This document shows, in pieces, positions 1 through 12,720 of a stretch of DNA of 64,000 nucleotides (position 1 is its first letter; every line of letters begins with the position of its first letter). The DNA is taken from assembly GCA_977030845.1 (NCBI GenBank), contig OZ365109.1, positions 52,638,001 through 52,702,000 on the forward strand, written 5' to 3'. The notes under the pieces were generated by a model. It saw only the letters and a list, made by a program, of their open reading frames with translations, had not been told where the DNA came from and ran no database searches. Origin of the DNA: Fimbriosthenelais zetlandica (Eukaryota). Made by a program: the position numbers and the translations under genes.

Positions 1-3000
1 CAGTTTTAACCTCTGAACTGCAGCAAAATAATTATTCCATGGTTTAATTCTTTGGAAGGGCAAATGCAAATGCTTTGATGATATGAAAATTATGGCAAGC
101 ATAATTGGTATTATACATGAATTTGTATTATTGTAAATTGCAGTCAAAAGCTTGAAATTGCCTGCAGCTGATCTCTTATACATTTTGCATGCTATATTTT
201 CAGATCTAGAAAGGAAGGTTTGGCCCTTGGCAATTGACTCTGCATGACAGGTACTTATTCACTTTACTGAACAGGTAATTATCAAGTCAGCCAATTTAGT
301 GCTCAAATATTTGGACAGGTCCAAAATCTGCTAATAATGAACAATTGTGAACTAATAATTCATGCACCTATTCGATTTCACATTGATTCATAATAAATAT
401 CTTAGGTCATTCTGAATAATGTCTTGCAGGCATGGAATATTTCATGCATTAGCAAACAAAAACACGATCTACTTTTTGCCTCAGGAGAATTCAGATCTGA
501 GCTAAAGTACCATGTAGAGAAGGTTGCCAAAGCAAACACAAACAGAAGAACTGCCTTTCATTAAAACTGGTCATAATGTGTGGAAAGGCATTGACAAAAG
601 CAAATATTTCACCTTACTTAAAAGGTATGCCAGCCATCGCAATTCTATAGAGAAGACAATTTTCAGTTTAGTAGATATCAGCTACAGTGAATTTAAGGTG
701 AAGCAGCCAGAATTACAGCACTGAATTGAACCACCTCTAGCCTGCATTATTCAGGTTTTGCCTTATTTGTTGCTTCATTAAAAATTGATATATCATTTCC
801 CACCGCGGGAGCAGGCAGAAATCTAAATAAAACCATGGATTGTCACCCTATATGACCTAGTCTAGCCTACACAGCTGACTTCATACTTGCTCTTCCTACA
901 TCACGTCCACACATTGACACACGTTCAAATACCTGATCCATGTATGTTTATAGACCATGTACAAATAGTAGCAGGCCTAATGCATGATAAAGATAGGGGA
1001 GGCAATGTCCACTAAGCTTAGATCCACGTGCCATATGAGATACCATATGAAAGACATACACCCATGTCTATCCTTCATTTTCCCCAGTTTTCTACCCCCT
1101 CTTTTGATCCCTGCACAGGTTTTCTTTGACATTCAGAAGCAAGATCCCTTATTTCCAGGAAAGGTATACTATTTCTGCGCGAACATTTGGCCTGGAGCCA
1201 AACCACATTTGGTAATTTAGTGGGAAACAAAAGCTCAACAAAGCCTGTCTGTTTGGCAGAAGTCAGAGGCATGAATGGGTTACCAAATGACCAGATCAAT
1301 GAGCCATATTCTCATATTCCATCGCACCAAAACAAGCCAGGAACAGACCATAGTGAGAACTCATTCAAACATCCATCTCTGTCCGCGCAGGTCGCTCATA
1401 TTAGACTCCATAATAATAAGCCTTTGTTATATGGGATTAAAAAGAAATCTAAGCTCTTATGAAACACAAAGGCCATTCTACCCTATTGATTTGTGCTACT
1501 CGGGTATTTCAGACTTCAATAATGTAGATTTCCCCCGGGGCTGGCCAGACAGGTAACTTCTATACTGTGCACCACCCTCCAGACGTTCAGTGTCGAGGAA
1601 ATCACAGCCCCTGGCTTTGTCATGCTTTCCAGGAAGAAAAAGGATTACATTTTCAAAGTACCGTGGAATGTCGAGATTTTCAGAACTTGACCTTTTTCTT
1701 CATCCCTGATGACACCTAGATAATCATGATGAAGAGGGGTATAGGGTGAAGGGGGCAACTATCATGAATCAGAGTGGTGGATCAGCAAGGGAAGATCCAG
1801 GGTAGGCCCCCCTCTCCCCCACACACTTCAAGACTGCATGGGTTCTTCCCCTGGGATGAAGATTTTGTACAGACTTTTCCAGGACCAAAGTGATAAATTC
1901 GAGGACTTTCAAATGGCATTATCAGAGTTCTAGTCTATTACAAATATTGGGGAGTATCAAAATCCCGAACGCCCCCACCCTGTTCAGATATCCAGTATAG
2001 ATAGAGATCCATGTCTGGGACATTCCTGCTTCCACCTTCTCATCTCACACCATTCACTGAGCCAGGCCTGCTGGCGCGGACTGTTGACCTTATTGCCATG
2101 GCAACGCCAAGAAAATAACCATTTGGGGAAGTTGGATCTAGCGGAAATGACAGGAAAATTGCTGCGTGTTGAGATTCAGCACACGATGGGGGGATAGGTG
2201 AGGCCAGTTCATCAGGACTGTGTCCTCACCACAAAACCTCACCTATTGTAGGAGGGTGAAAGAGGGTCCAGCCATGATCACCTGTTGGCCTATCAATAAT
2301 ACCAACCAGCGCTGTTAGCACGAACAACTGTCAAACTGACCATTTGTGCGGTTTAATTGGCATGCAAATGGGTAATATCATGGGCAATTCAACTACATGT
2401 TCAGTACTCCATCTATAAAGCGATCACCGTGGCACGTTTGGGACTGACAAAAAGTATAGTTTCTATATATATGAAAATATGTACATATAGTAAACCCAAG
2501 AGGCATTAAAAATTATAGAAAATGTTGAATTTACTATACCCATAATTTCTTAATAGAAGGGCAGTAACGTAGAATCCAGATAGCTGAATTTTCAGTCATT
2601 TACATATAGCAAGAATTTCCTTATATTTTAGCACTGCCGAGTAGCAGCTAATGGGATTATTTATCCCGATATAGCATTAACCAGTCTTGTATTAACAAGG
2701 CTACAGTGTAAACGACCCAGAAGACATCTACCTGTGAGCTTCTACCGGGTAACAATCATGTGTAAATATCTCCAAGACAAGCCTGGAAGCCTGACACCTT
2801 CTATAATCCATGCCAAGGTCCGGGCACAAAAGAAACATGCCTCCCACTCTCACTCTTTATACCGATCTGGGATAGAACTATATTTCGGGGCTTTTATCTT
2901 TGGCTTAGAAATGATATCATGATTATTAACGCTAATGTACTTCATATGCTACTTTGTACCTGAGCACTGTTTTAATATTTGTAATACGTATAAATATATA

Positions 3001-4202
3001 AATCTTTTTGTGTGTGAATACGTATATTATTTGCATGCAAAAAATGTATAGATCATCTGTTGTAAATGAATACCTGTTTTGCATTATATTTAAATCTTTG
3101 CTATACATGTATCTCGATCCAGGTGTATATTAGTGCCTTTTGAATGCCCTTTTTCCCATGCATTCCCTCTCCACATGTATTCAAGCATGTCGTTGAATCC
3201 AATTATCTTTGAATATACCGGTCCATGAATACCCTAAGGTCTACCACTTTTATATCACCCGCTTGTTTCTATAGGCACTTATAAGACATCAAAGAGTATA
3301 AGGAAGAGTGCTTCTCACTTGGATTGCTGATAAATACTAAATAAAGGCATTCACTGTGAAATCCTGGCCATGAAAACACCTCAGGAAAAAAACAAACACA
3401 GGTTCAAAAAGAGCAACAACTCATTCAAAGTTCCAAACAAAGGACGAGTAAAAAGGCCTGACTCTTTGAGTATAGCTGATCTATCTTCTGACCTGCCAAG
3501 CTAACCAGCACTATATAATAGTGTTTTTGACCATATTAAACCAAGCGTTCGTCAGGAATACAATGGCAAGGTAACCCCAGGAAGACCTTTTAGCCTGACT
3601 TGACCAGCAAGGCCAACTAACACTTAAATATTCCCCCCCTGGAGATAAGTTATCACAAACAGGTGAGATGCAGGTGTGTATCCACGAGTCTATGAGAGCT
3701 GGTGATCAATAGCATTATGAAACATCAGCTTAATCTACATGATTAATCACCAAAAGAAATTTTAAAGGCATCCCATTATAGGCGCGGCATGCCACATTGT
3801 CATCAACACATTATTGCAGGAAGAAAAAACCATTTCCTTTGTAGCCGAGTGCACAATAGATCCAACATAATATAAAGTATCTCCACAGTGTGTTTGTCCA
3901 GAATTATATTCACCTTTTCAAACTCTATATTAGGATCCAAAATGTGAAGAATCTAACCAAATGGTTTCTTTTGAAAGTCTTGTCAGTGTGCTTTGCTTGG
4001 ATGTTTCAGCATTCTCCAGATGGCATCAAATCGATCCTTGTATAGGAATACCCAGAGTAAATATATATAATCTAGTCCTTGAACACTATAATACATACCA
4101 TTGTAATGCACCGAGTATTCAATAGAGAATTTCCAGTAAATGATGAGTGTGAGGGTGAATAGGGCTTTTAGTACATGAAGCAATGTGCTCGGAGCAGCTT
4201 AC

Positions 4203-4270
4203 CCATGGCACAGATCCAAGTCGTTACTGGTGAACCTGTGATAACCTTGCCAAGCTAGGATCTTCTCCAA
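4203..4270 (-). CDS. Tentative PDZD2/IL16-family exon 12 (LEKILAWQGYHRFTSNDLDLCH)
   Basis: Acceptor cattcttgtcagtgcag| and donor gg|gtaagc. Only one frame is open, and it is phase-compatible with the micro-exon (..RHKM-LEKIL..). No homology evidence; intervening exons may have been missed. Confidence 0.45.
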
Positions 4271-7200
4271 CTGCACTGACAAGAATGAGAGACCTTATCA
4301 TGTTTTTTACTCCCACTCACTGCCTTTCTCAATAAAGCTGCTTCACTTCACCCCAACTCACAAAAAACAATCCCCTCACAATACACTAGCAATGTACAGA
4401 CATTTGTCCATGGTCTAGGAATCCTTTGTGATGCAATGAAATTGAAAATCCAATTTTATCCTCTTTTCTGGTCCCCCACCTTGAACATGACAGTCTATGG
4501 ATGGTTATTATGCACGTCAGTTGCCCACAGAGGGAAGAAGCTACTACCCTGCACAGGTTTCATAATGCCAGATTGGGCAGCATTTGGAGGTGGAGTTTTT
4601 TCTTGCTTGAGCCAGGATAGAGATTGTGTAGCTGGCTTTGGTTAGGGCTGACAACTCGATCCCTCTACATCCTGGTGCTTCTGGTGACAGTCAACAACCA
4701 GGTGTGCATTGGATCCAAACAAACCTTTGCTTTAAAGCAGCTCCTTACCTCTATCACACAGGTATTCCCTAACCAGAGTTAGTGTATGCATGTAGGTATC
4801 TCTAAATGTCCTCTAATCATACTGTCAGTCCGGATCAAGTATTCACCATCAAAGTATATACACCAGATTACGACCAACATGCACGCTTGTTATTCTCCCA
4901 AAAGCGTGCTGCATGTGCTGCTGCAAAACCAGCCGACCCACCTTCCCTCCTCCTCCCTTCTACCACATGTGTATGATGAGGGACTGGGGAACCACGCCCA
5001 CCTGCCAATCAACCTCCCCTTCATTTCCATATACCTTGCTCTCTTAACTTTCGCGGGGCTTCAGGCCAGGTGAGAATAAGAGCAATGAAGATGAGCACAT
5101 AACAGCACTGTTTTATATCTTTTCTATATACAGCCACACCTTATTGTAAACATTTATATGGTTTGTAGATGTTCCCACATGGTCTAGCCCTGCCAGCACC
5201 TATCTCTACAACCCCATGCCCTTATCTCCAGCAGTGCCATGTACTGAGCAGAGGGCCATTTTCTTATGCATGCAAACTCGCCTCTCACCTGACATTGTTC
5301 ACGTCTAGACGTGGTGCTCCCTTCTTTAACCCATGATCTTGTCTTCATAATACCACCATAAACCAACGTCATAAAAAATTGCTAATGATCAATGAAGAAA
5401 CACTAAGCTACTTGTTTGTCAATTTTAATATAAATTTAGGCTAAATTTGGGGCCAATTGAATCATAAATCAACATCATAAGAAAATTGCTAAGGAGGATT
5501 CACTGAACCTTCTTTTTGTCAATTTTCTTTAGTGCCATTGAAACATACTTTTGCAGTGATACCTTTGAAGAATATCGTTTTGCAAAGTTTTCTAAGCGTG
5601 TTGGTTAGGACCCTTATTCCCCCTTCTCGGAGACATTAACCAGGCAGAATGGAACAACATTCCAGCAACAGTTCAATAATTACAAGGTATATAGGGGGAG
5701 GTACTATGTGTAGCGAAACATTATACTGGTCTCTATTCTCTACACAGCTTTCTAGATTTCTCTGAAACAGATCTTTTTCATATGGCCCAGTGCAGCTTTT
5801 GGTACAGCATGTCATATACATTGTACATGCATATATGTAAGCAATGCTCTTTTCTTTCTGCAAATGACTGTCGATGTTACTATGTAATAAGCAAATGACA
5901 TATTAAAGAGCAACTGCTTATACTTTTCTCAAGACAAACAGAATGTTATCAATATCACTAAGGCCTGAATGAGTGAACCATTGTCTGAAACACATACAGT
6001 AACAAGCTTTCATATAAATATTGAACATACGATGTTTAACAAGTTTTAGTGCTTTTATGTACACATAATATTTAGGAATAAATGTGCTAATGGCCAATTA
6101 GAGATCAGGACCTGTTTATGTTTCTGTGGATCACAGGAAACTGGTTTATTCCGAAACCATTAAAAAGTTTGTTCGTGATTCCAGTTTCCTGAACTCTTCC
6201 TGCTCACGGTGGTTAGCATGGTATTCAACACATACTAATGTTCCGCCTCTGTCCCGTAAAAGTAACATACTTACTCCTGTCTACAGTTCATGGAATAGGA
6301 ATATTCAAAAAAAGATATCTGGATATCAAAAACAGATATCTGGATCATATTTACAACTATTCTGACTAATGAAATTTATGGCAATTCTCAGCACCATGGT
6401 AATGTCTATAATTAATTTTCATGTGGATTCAGGGCAGCTTAATAATGTTATCGCGACCTCTTGCCACTTGTACGCTCCACTAGTTATGTTTGGTACCTTT
6501 TTACCTAGATCTGGCATGCTCATGAATTTAACCATTCACACAAAGAATTCATCTCCATTTCTAGCCTCCCGTACTACTCCCTTCCCATATAGACACATAT
6601 ATAAATGTTAAACATACATTTAACCACTCTAGGACATCCCTCCCTATCCCTCTGCTTATTTCATAGAGCATTTTTTTGGCCTTGAACATTCATTGAGTGA
6701 CCTATAATCTTTACCCCTTACATATGAAATCCACCAGCCTAGTCACGATCTTCCCCTTAACAAAGGTGTTCCTGCCCGGGTTACCTCCACGGCACCCACA
6801 CGACGGAAATATCAGTTATGAGGCCATAAGGGTATATCATGCATATCAATAGAGTCCCAACACATATAGGTCATTGTTTCAACTCCTTTCATCCTAAATA
6901 TCTTCAACTATTCACCCAGTCATTTTTCACTTTTACAATTCAAAATGTATTAATTGAATAATTCTAATTATATACGTTTCAGACATTTGTCACTTGTAGG
7001 CAGAACTCCTCAAAGAAAGACATTAATTAAAATCAATTAATTCCCTCCTCATTTAATCTTGAATTACCATTTTAGTCAGGGAGACTATTAAGTTCCGTGG
7101 GAAAATGATGATTAAAATATCCCACCTATATAGAAATGTTCTATAGACCCTCAGGAACAAGAAAAACCATGTTGTCAATCTTGAATTTGCTGCAGAGGGC

Positions 7201-7339
7201 GGCCATCTTGGATTTCCATGGCAACAGTGCATTTTTTAAAGAAATTATAAAAAAAGGATGTTTTAGGGCATTACTTGATCAGAAATTGTCATAGAAAGCT
7301 AAAATTTGGTATGTTGGTGTATTATGCCAAGTTGCATTT

Positions 7340-8830
7340 TGGGATGGAATTTAGTTGACCTTTGCCAAGGTCAAGGTCATTTGAAGTGACCTTGAACCTC
7401 TAAATTTGAGCAAAAAACCATATAGGACCTTATTCCAATACCATCCATTGCCTCATTATTGTATAGAATAGTTAAAAGTTGGTATATTCATGTGTAGTAA
7501 TATAGGAGCTTTGGATGGGGAGGTATTATGTGGTAGTTGGACTGGTTGTTACCATGGTAACCAACACTTTATTAAAAAAATCATTTATAACAGACTGACA
7601 CCCGTGAAATATGTTTTACTCGAGTTTTAGGAGTTTAAATAGAGATAGAGACTTTATATTTGGTAGAGTGATGTATCATACCGAGATGCATTCTGGCATA
7701 TAATTTGGTTGACCTTTGCCAAGGTCAAGGTCATTTGACGTGACCTTGAATCCCTAAATTTGAGCAAGAAACCACATTGGACCTTATTCCAATACCATCC
7801 ATTGCCTCATTATTGTATAGAATATTTAATGTTGGTGTATTCCTGTGTAGTAATATAGACGCTTTGGTTGGCGAGGTATTATTTGGTAGTTTGAGTGGTT
7901 GTTGCCATGGTAACCGGCACTTGATGAAAAAAATCATTTATACCAGCCTTACTTACCCCGGTGAAACATTTATTTTCTGAGTTTTAGGAGTTTAAATAGA
8001 GATAGGGACTTTATATTTGGTAGGTTGATGTATCATGCCGAGATGCATTTTGGGATATAATTTGGTTGACCTTTGCCAAGGTCAAGGTCATGTTACGTGA
8101 CCTTGAAACCCTAAATTTGAGCAAGAAACCACATCAGACCTTATTCCAATACCATCCATTGCCTCATTATTGTATAGAATAGTTAAAAGTTGGTGTATTT
8201 CTGTGTAGTAATATAGAAGCTTTGGTTGGTAAGGTATATGTGGTAGTTTGAGTGGTTGTTGCTATGGTAACCGGTACTTTATGAAAAAAAAATCATTTAT
8301 ACCAGACTGACCCCGGTGAAACATTTATTTCCTGAGTTTTAGGAGTTTAAATAGAGATAGAGACTTTATATTTGGTAGGTTGATGTATCATGCCGAGATG
8401 CATTCTGGGATATAATTTGGTTGACCTTTACCAAGGTCAAGGTCAATTGACGTGACCTTGAAACCATAAATTTGTGCAACAAAAGACCGTATTCCTATAT
8501 TAACCATACTCTCATTATTTCATAGAATAGCAAATAATTGCTGTATTTATGTGATTTAATATCTATAGGGTCTTTGGAATGCCAGGTATTATGGGATAGT
8601 TTGAGTGGTTGTTGTCATGGTAACCATTTATATCATACTGGCCCTGGTGGAACCTCAATTTTCGAGTTTAAGGAGTTAAAATATAAATAATGACTTCATA
8701 TTTTGTAGCTTGTTGTATCATGACGACGTGCATTCTGCGATGTGATTTGCTTTAAGGTCATATGAGGTGATCTTGAACCCATAAATTTCAACAAAAAATA
8801 TCAAAAATACCTTTACCAAGATGATTCATT
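7340..8830 (+). repeat. Left-arm tandem array of ~355-bp units (4 clear plus 1 degenerate)
   Basis: Anchor GTTGACCTTT(G/A)CCAAGGTCAAGGTCA at 7354, 7708, 8065 and 8420 (spacing 354-357), degenerate near 8750. Confidence 0.95.
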
Positions 8831-8890
8831 ACCTAATTATTAAATATAAAGAAAAATTGTATGCATGTGAAACCCCGTAGGATCTTTGGA

Positions 8891-11200
8891 ATACCAGGTA
8901 TTAGGGTATTGAGCTGGAAGGGCCAGATCTTGAACTGAAAAGAGCAGATGTTGAGCTGAAAGGGTCGATAATGGACTCGAGGGGTCCTATATAGGATTGC
9001 AAGGGTCCAATATTGGATTGAAAACGTCAGATCATGGGCAGGAATGTCCTTATCTTGAGCTGCAAGGGTCATATGTTGAGCAGATGTTGAGCTGGGATAG
9101 TCTGATATTGGACTGGAAGGGACAGATATAGAGCTGGAAGGGCCAGATGTTGGCCAGGAAGAGCCTTATTTGGAGCTGGAAGCTCTATCTTGAGCTGAAA
9201 AGACCTGATGTTGAGCTGCAAGGGCCAGGTAACTATTACTGCCATATTAGGCCAGTCAAAAACACCCCTATCCCCCAAAATTGCAAGAAATTATTTTATG
9301 GTTGTTTTTGGAAGAACCACATATGGGGACCATTGTGCTAAGAGTTCACCAAAAGTGGACCACCACAGGTGGTCTAAATTCAAGCCAATACGGTTTTTCA
9401 TCATTTTGGAATGGGTCTTGAGGGTGTCAAATTGGTTACCAGGGAGATATGAAATTCCTGGTCAAGATATGTCGACCCACCTCAATATTTGGCCCTTACA
9501 GCTCAAGATATTATATACATGTATATGTACATGTCCAAAACATGGCCCTTCCTGCCCAGTATATGACCTTTCCCACTTAAGATTTGGGACTTTTGGTCCT
9601 ATACCTAACCTTTCCAGCTCAACATCTAGTCCTTCCACCTCAATATCTGGCCCTTCCATCTTGAGACCCTTCCTCAGTTCCAGTCAACTTCCTGGCCAAG
9701 ATATGCCCTTATTCCTGTCCTATACCTGACATTCCAGCTGAAGACCTGGCCCTTTCTGTCCTATATGACCCTTCCTATTCAAGATATGGCCCTTCCAACT
9801 CAGGATAGGGCCCTTCCTGTCTAAAATCTGGCCCTTCCTGCTCAACATCTGGACCTTCAATCATACTATCTTTCTGCCTAAGACATATGGCCCTTCCACC
9901 AGAATATCTGGTCCATCCAACTCAAGATATACTCTGAGAGTTCAGGATAGGCCCTTCATGTCCAAGATCTGGCCCTTCCTGCTCTCACGATATGACCCTT
10001 CCAGGTTACGACATGTCCCCTACTGCCAAAGATATGGCACAACATATGGCTCTTCAAGCTCAACATCTGGTTCTTCCATCATAATATATGGTCCTTTCAT
10101 CATATCTGGCCCTTCCCGCCCAAGATATGACCCTTCCAGGTCAGATTAGGGCCCTTACTGCTCTTACTGTTCAGGATGGACCAGATATTGAGCGCAAGGG
10201 GCAGATATTGGGCAAGAAGGATATGTCATTGAGCTGAAAGGATATGTCATGAAAGGTGAAAGGAGATGGAGTGTTCTATATATATTACATTATGTAATTC
10301 CAGAATAGGAATATTTAAGTAAAGAAATAGGATGAGATCACTTCCAACACTTTCAATAATTGAGGAGAGGCATATATATATATATTTACACCATATTACT
10401 CAAATATAATTTGACTACTCAAATATAATTTGAACCTTTTCAATGGATTTGTCATCCTCAAATGGACCCGAATTGCAGTCAAAATCTTTAGACAGATACA
10501 TGCATATGAAAAAGTGCAAATATGGCCCTTCTGCCAAAGATTTGTCCCTTCCACCTGCCCATCCTATCCAAGCTCTGACCCTTTCAGATCAAGATACGAC
10601 CCTTACTGCCCAAGATCTGGCCAAGATTCCAGCTCAATATCTGTCCCCTCCTGTCAAATATCTGATCTTTCCAATTGAATATCTGATCTTGTTAGCTCAA
10701 TATATTAGCCTTCCAGCTCATGATAAGGCCCGTTGTGCCCAAGATCTGCCCCATACAGCTTACAATCTGGCCCTGTCTGCCAAATATGACCCTTCCAGGT
10801 CAAAATCTGCTCTTTTCAGCTTAACATATGGCCTTTCCAGTTTAAAATAAGGTCCTTCCTGTCCAAGATTTGCACATTCCAACTCAATATGTGGCCCTTC
10901 CAGTCCAATATCGGACATATCCAGCTCAACATCTGCCCTTTCCAGCCACAGATATGGCCCTTGCAGCTCGAAATATGGCCTTTGCAGCTCTAGATGAGGC
11001 CCTTATTGCTCACCATCTGGTCCTTCCTATGCAATACCTGGCCCTGCTCGCCTAGTACCCTTCGCCCAGTACCCTTTGACTATTCCTGTCAAAGATCTGG
11101 CCGTTCCAGCTCAGGAACTGTCCAATACATGACCCTTGTAGTTCAAGATCTGACCATTGCAGCTCAAGATCTGGCCCTTCCTGCTCAAGATCTATCCCAT
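8891..11200. repeat. Core of degenerate 21-bp repeats (consensus about GGGCCAGATATTGAGCTGGAA) in four blocks
   Basis: Forward about 8891-9232, reverse about 9461-10165, forward about 10175-10260, reverse about 10520-11200, with unique spacers at 9233-9460 and 10260-10520. Confidence 0.9.
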
Positions 11201-11299
11201 ATAATACAATGTACCTGGCATTCCAAAGATCCTACGGGGTACACAGACATACAATGTTTCTTTTCTTTAAAATTATATTTAATAATTATACAATGGTTA

Positions 11300-12720
11300 A
11301 GATTGGAAAAGGGATTTTGTGATATTTTATGTTGAAATTTATGGGTTCATGATCACCACATATCACCACATATCATATGACAAAATATAAAGTCTATAAT
11401 CTATAACTATTGTCACGTCTTAAACTCAAAAATTGATATAAACTGATGGTTACCATGGCAACAACCACTCAAACTACCACATATAACTCGCCAATCAAAG
11501 CTTCTATATTACTACACAGGAATACACCAACTTTTAACTATTCTATACAATAATGAGGCAATGGATGGTATTGGAATAAGGTCTGATGTGGTTTCTTGCT
11601 CAAATTTAGGGTTTCAAGGTCACGTAACATGACCTTGACCTTGGCAAAGGTTAACCAAATTATATCCCAGAATGCATCTCGGCATGATACATCAACCTAC
11701 CTAATATAAAGTCTCTATCTCTATTTAAACTCCTAAAACTCAGGAAATAAATGTTTCACCGGGGTCAGTCTGGCATAAATGATTGTTTTTTCATAAAGTA
11801 CCGGTTACCATAGCAACAACCACTCAAACTACCACATATACCTTACCAACCAAAGCTTCTATATTACTACACAGAAATACACCAACTTTTAACTATTCTA
11901 TACAATAATGAGGCAATGGATGGTATTGGAATAAGGTCTGATGTGGTTTCTTGCTCAAATTTAGGGTTTCAAGGTCACGTAACATGACCTTGACCTTGGC
12001 AAAGGTCAACCAAAATATATCCCAAAATGCATCTCGGCATGATACATCAACCTACCAAATATAAAGTCTCTATCTTTATTTAAACTCCCTAAACTCAGAA
12101 AATAAATGTTTCACCGGGGTAAGTAAGCCTGGTATAAATGATTTTTTTCATAAAGTGCCGGTTACCATGGCAACAACCACTCAAACTACCAAATAATACC
12201 TCACCAACCAAAGCTTCTATATTACTACACATGAATACACCAAGTTTTAACTATACTATACAATGGATGGTATTGGAATAAGATCTTATATGGTTTTTTG
12301 CTCAAATTTAGGGTTTCAAGGTCACGTAACATGACCTTGACCTTGGCAAAGGTCAACGAAATTATATCCCAGAATGCATCTCGGTATGATACATCAACCT
12401 ACCAAATATAAAGTCTCTATCTCTATTTAAACTCCTAAAACTCGAGTAAAACATGTTTCACGGGGGTCAGTCTGTTATAAAGGGTTTTTTTAATAAAGTG
12501 TTGGTTACCATGGTAACAACCAGTCCAACTACCACATAATACCTCCCCATCCAAAGCTCCTATATTAATACACATGAATATACCAACTTTTAACTATTCT
12601 GTACAATAATGAGGCAATGGATGGTGTTGGAATAAGGTCCTATATGGTTTTATGCTCAAATTTAGAGGTTCAAGGTCACTTTAAATGACCTTGACCTTGG
12701 CAAGGGTCAATTAAATTCCA
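11300..12720 (-). repeat. Right-arm tandem array of ~355-bp units (reverse orientation)
   Basis: TGACCTTGACCTTGGCAA anchors near 11630, 11985, 12332 and 12686, degenerate near 11340. Confidence 0.95.

Noticed and set aside
1-4202. Further exons of the PDZ gene or a separate gene in the short ORFs here
   Set aside because: No acceptor/donor pair with an open phase-2-compatible frame and convincing peptide was found; the gene probably continues beyond the left edge.
8891-11200. 21-bp repeat arrays as a CRISPR-like array
   Set aside because: The units are contiguous and degenerate with no unique spacers, no cas genes are present, and the context is a eukaryotic intron.
9208-11335. ORF-track ORFs of 113-173 aa as genes or a transposase
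   Set aside because: They are translations of the 21-bp repeat, overlap in several frames and on both strands, and show no catalytic or DNA-binding motif.
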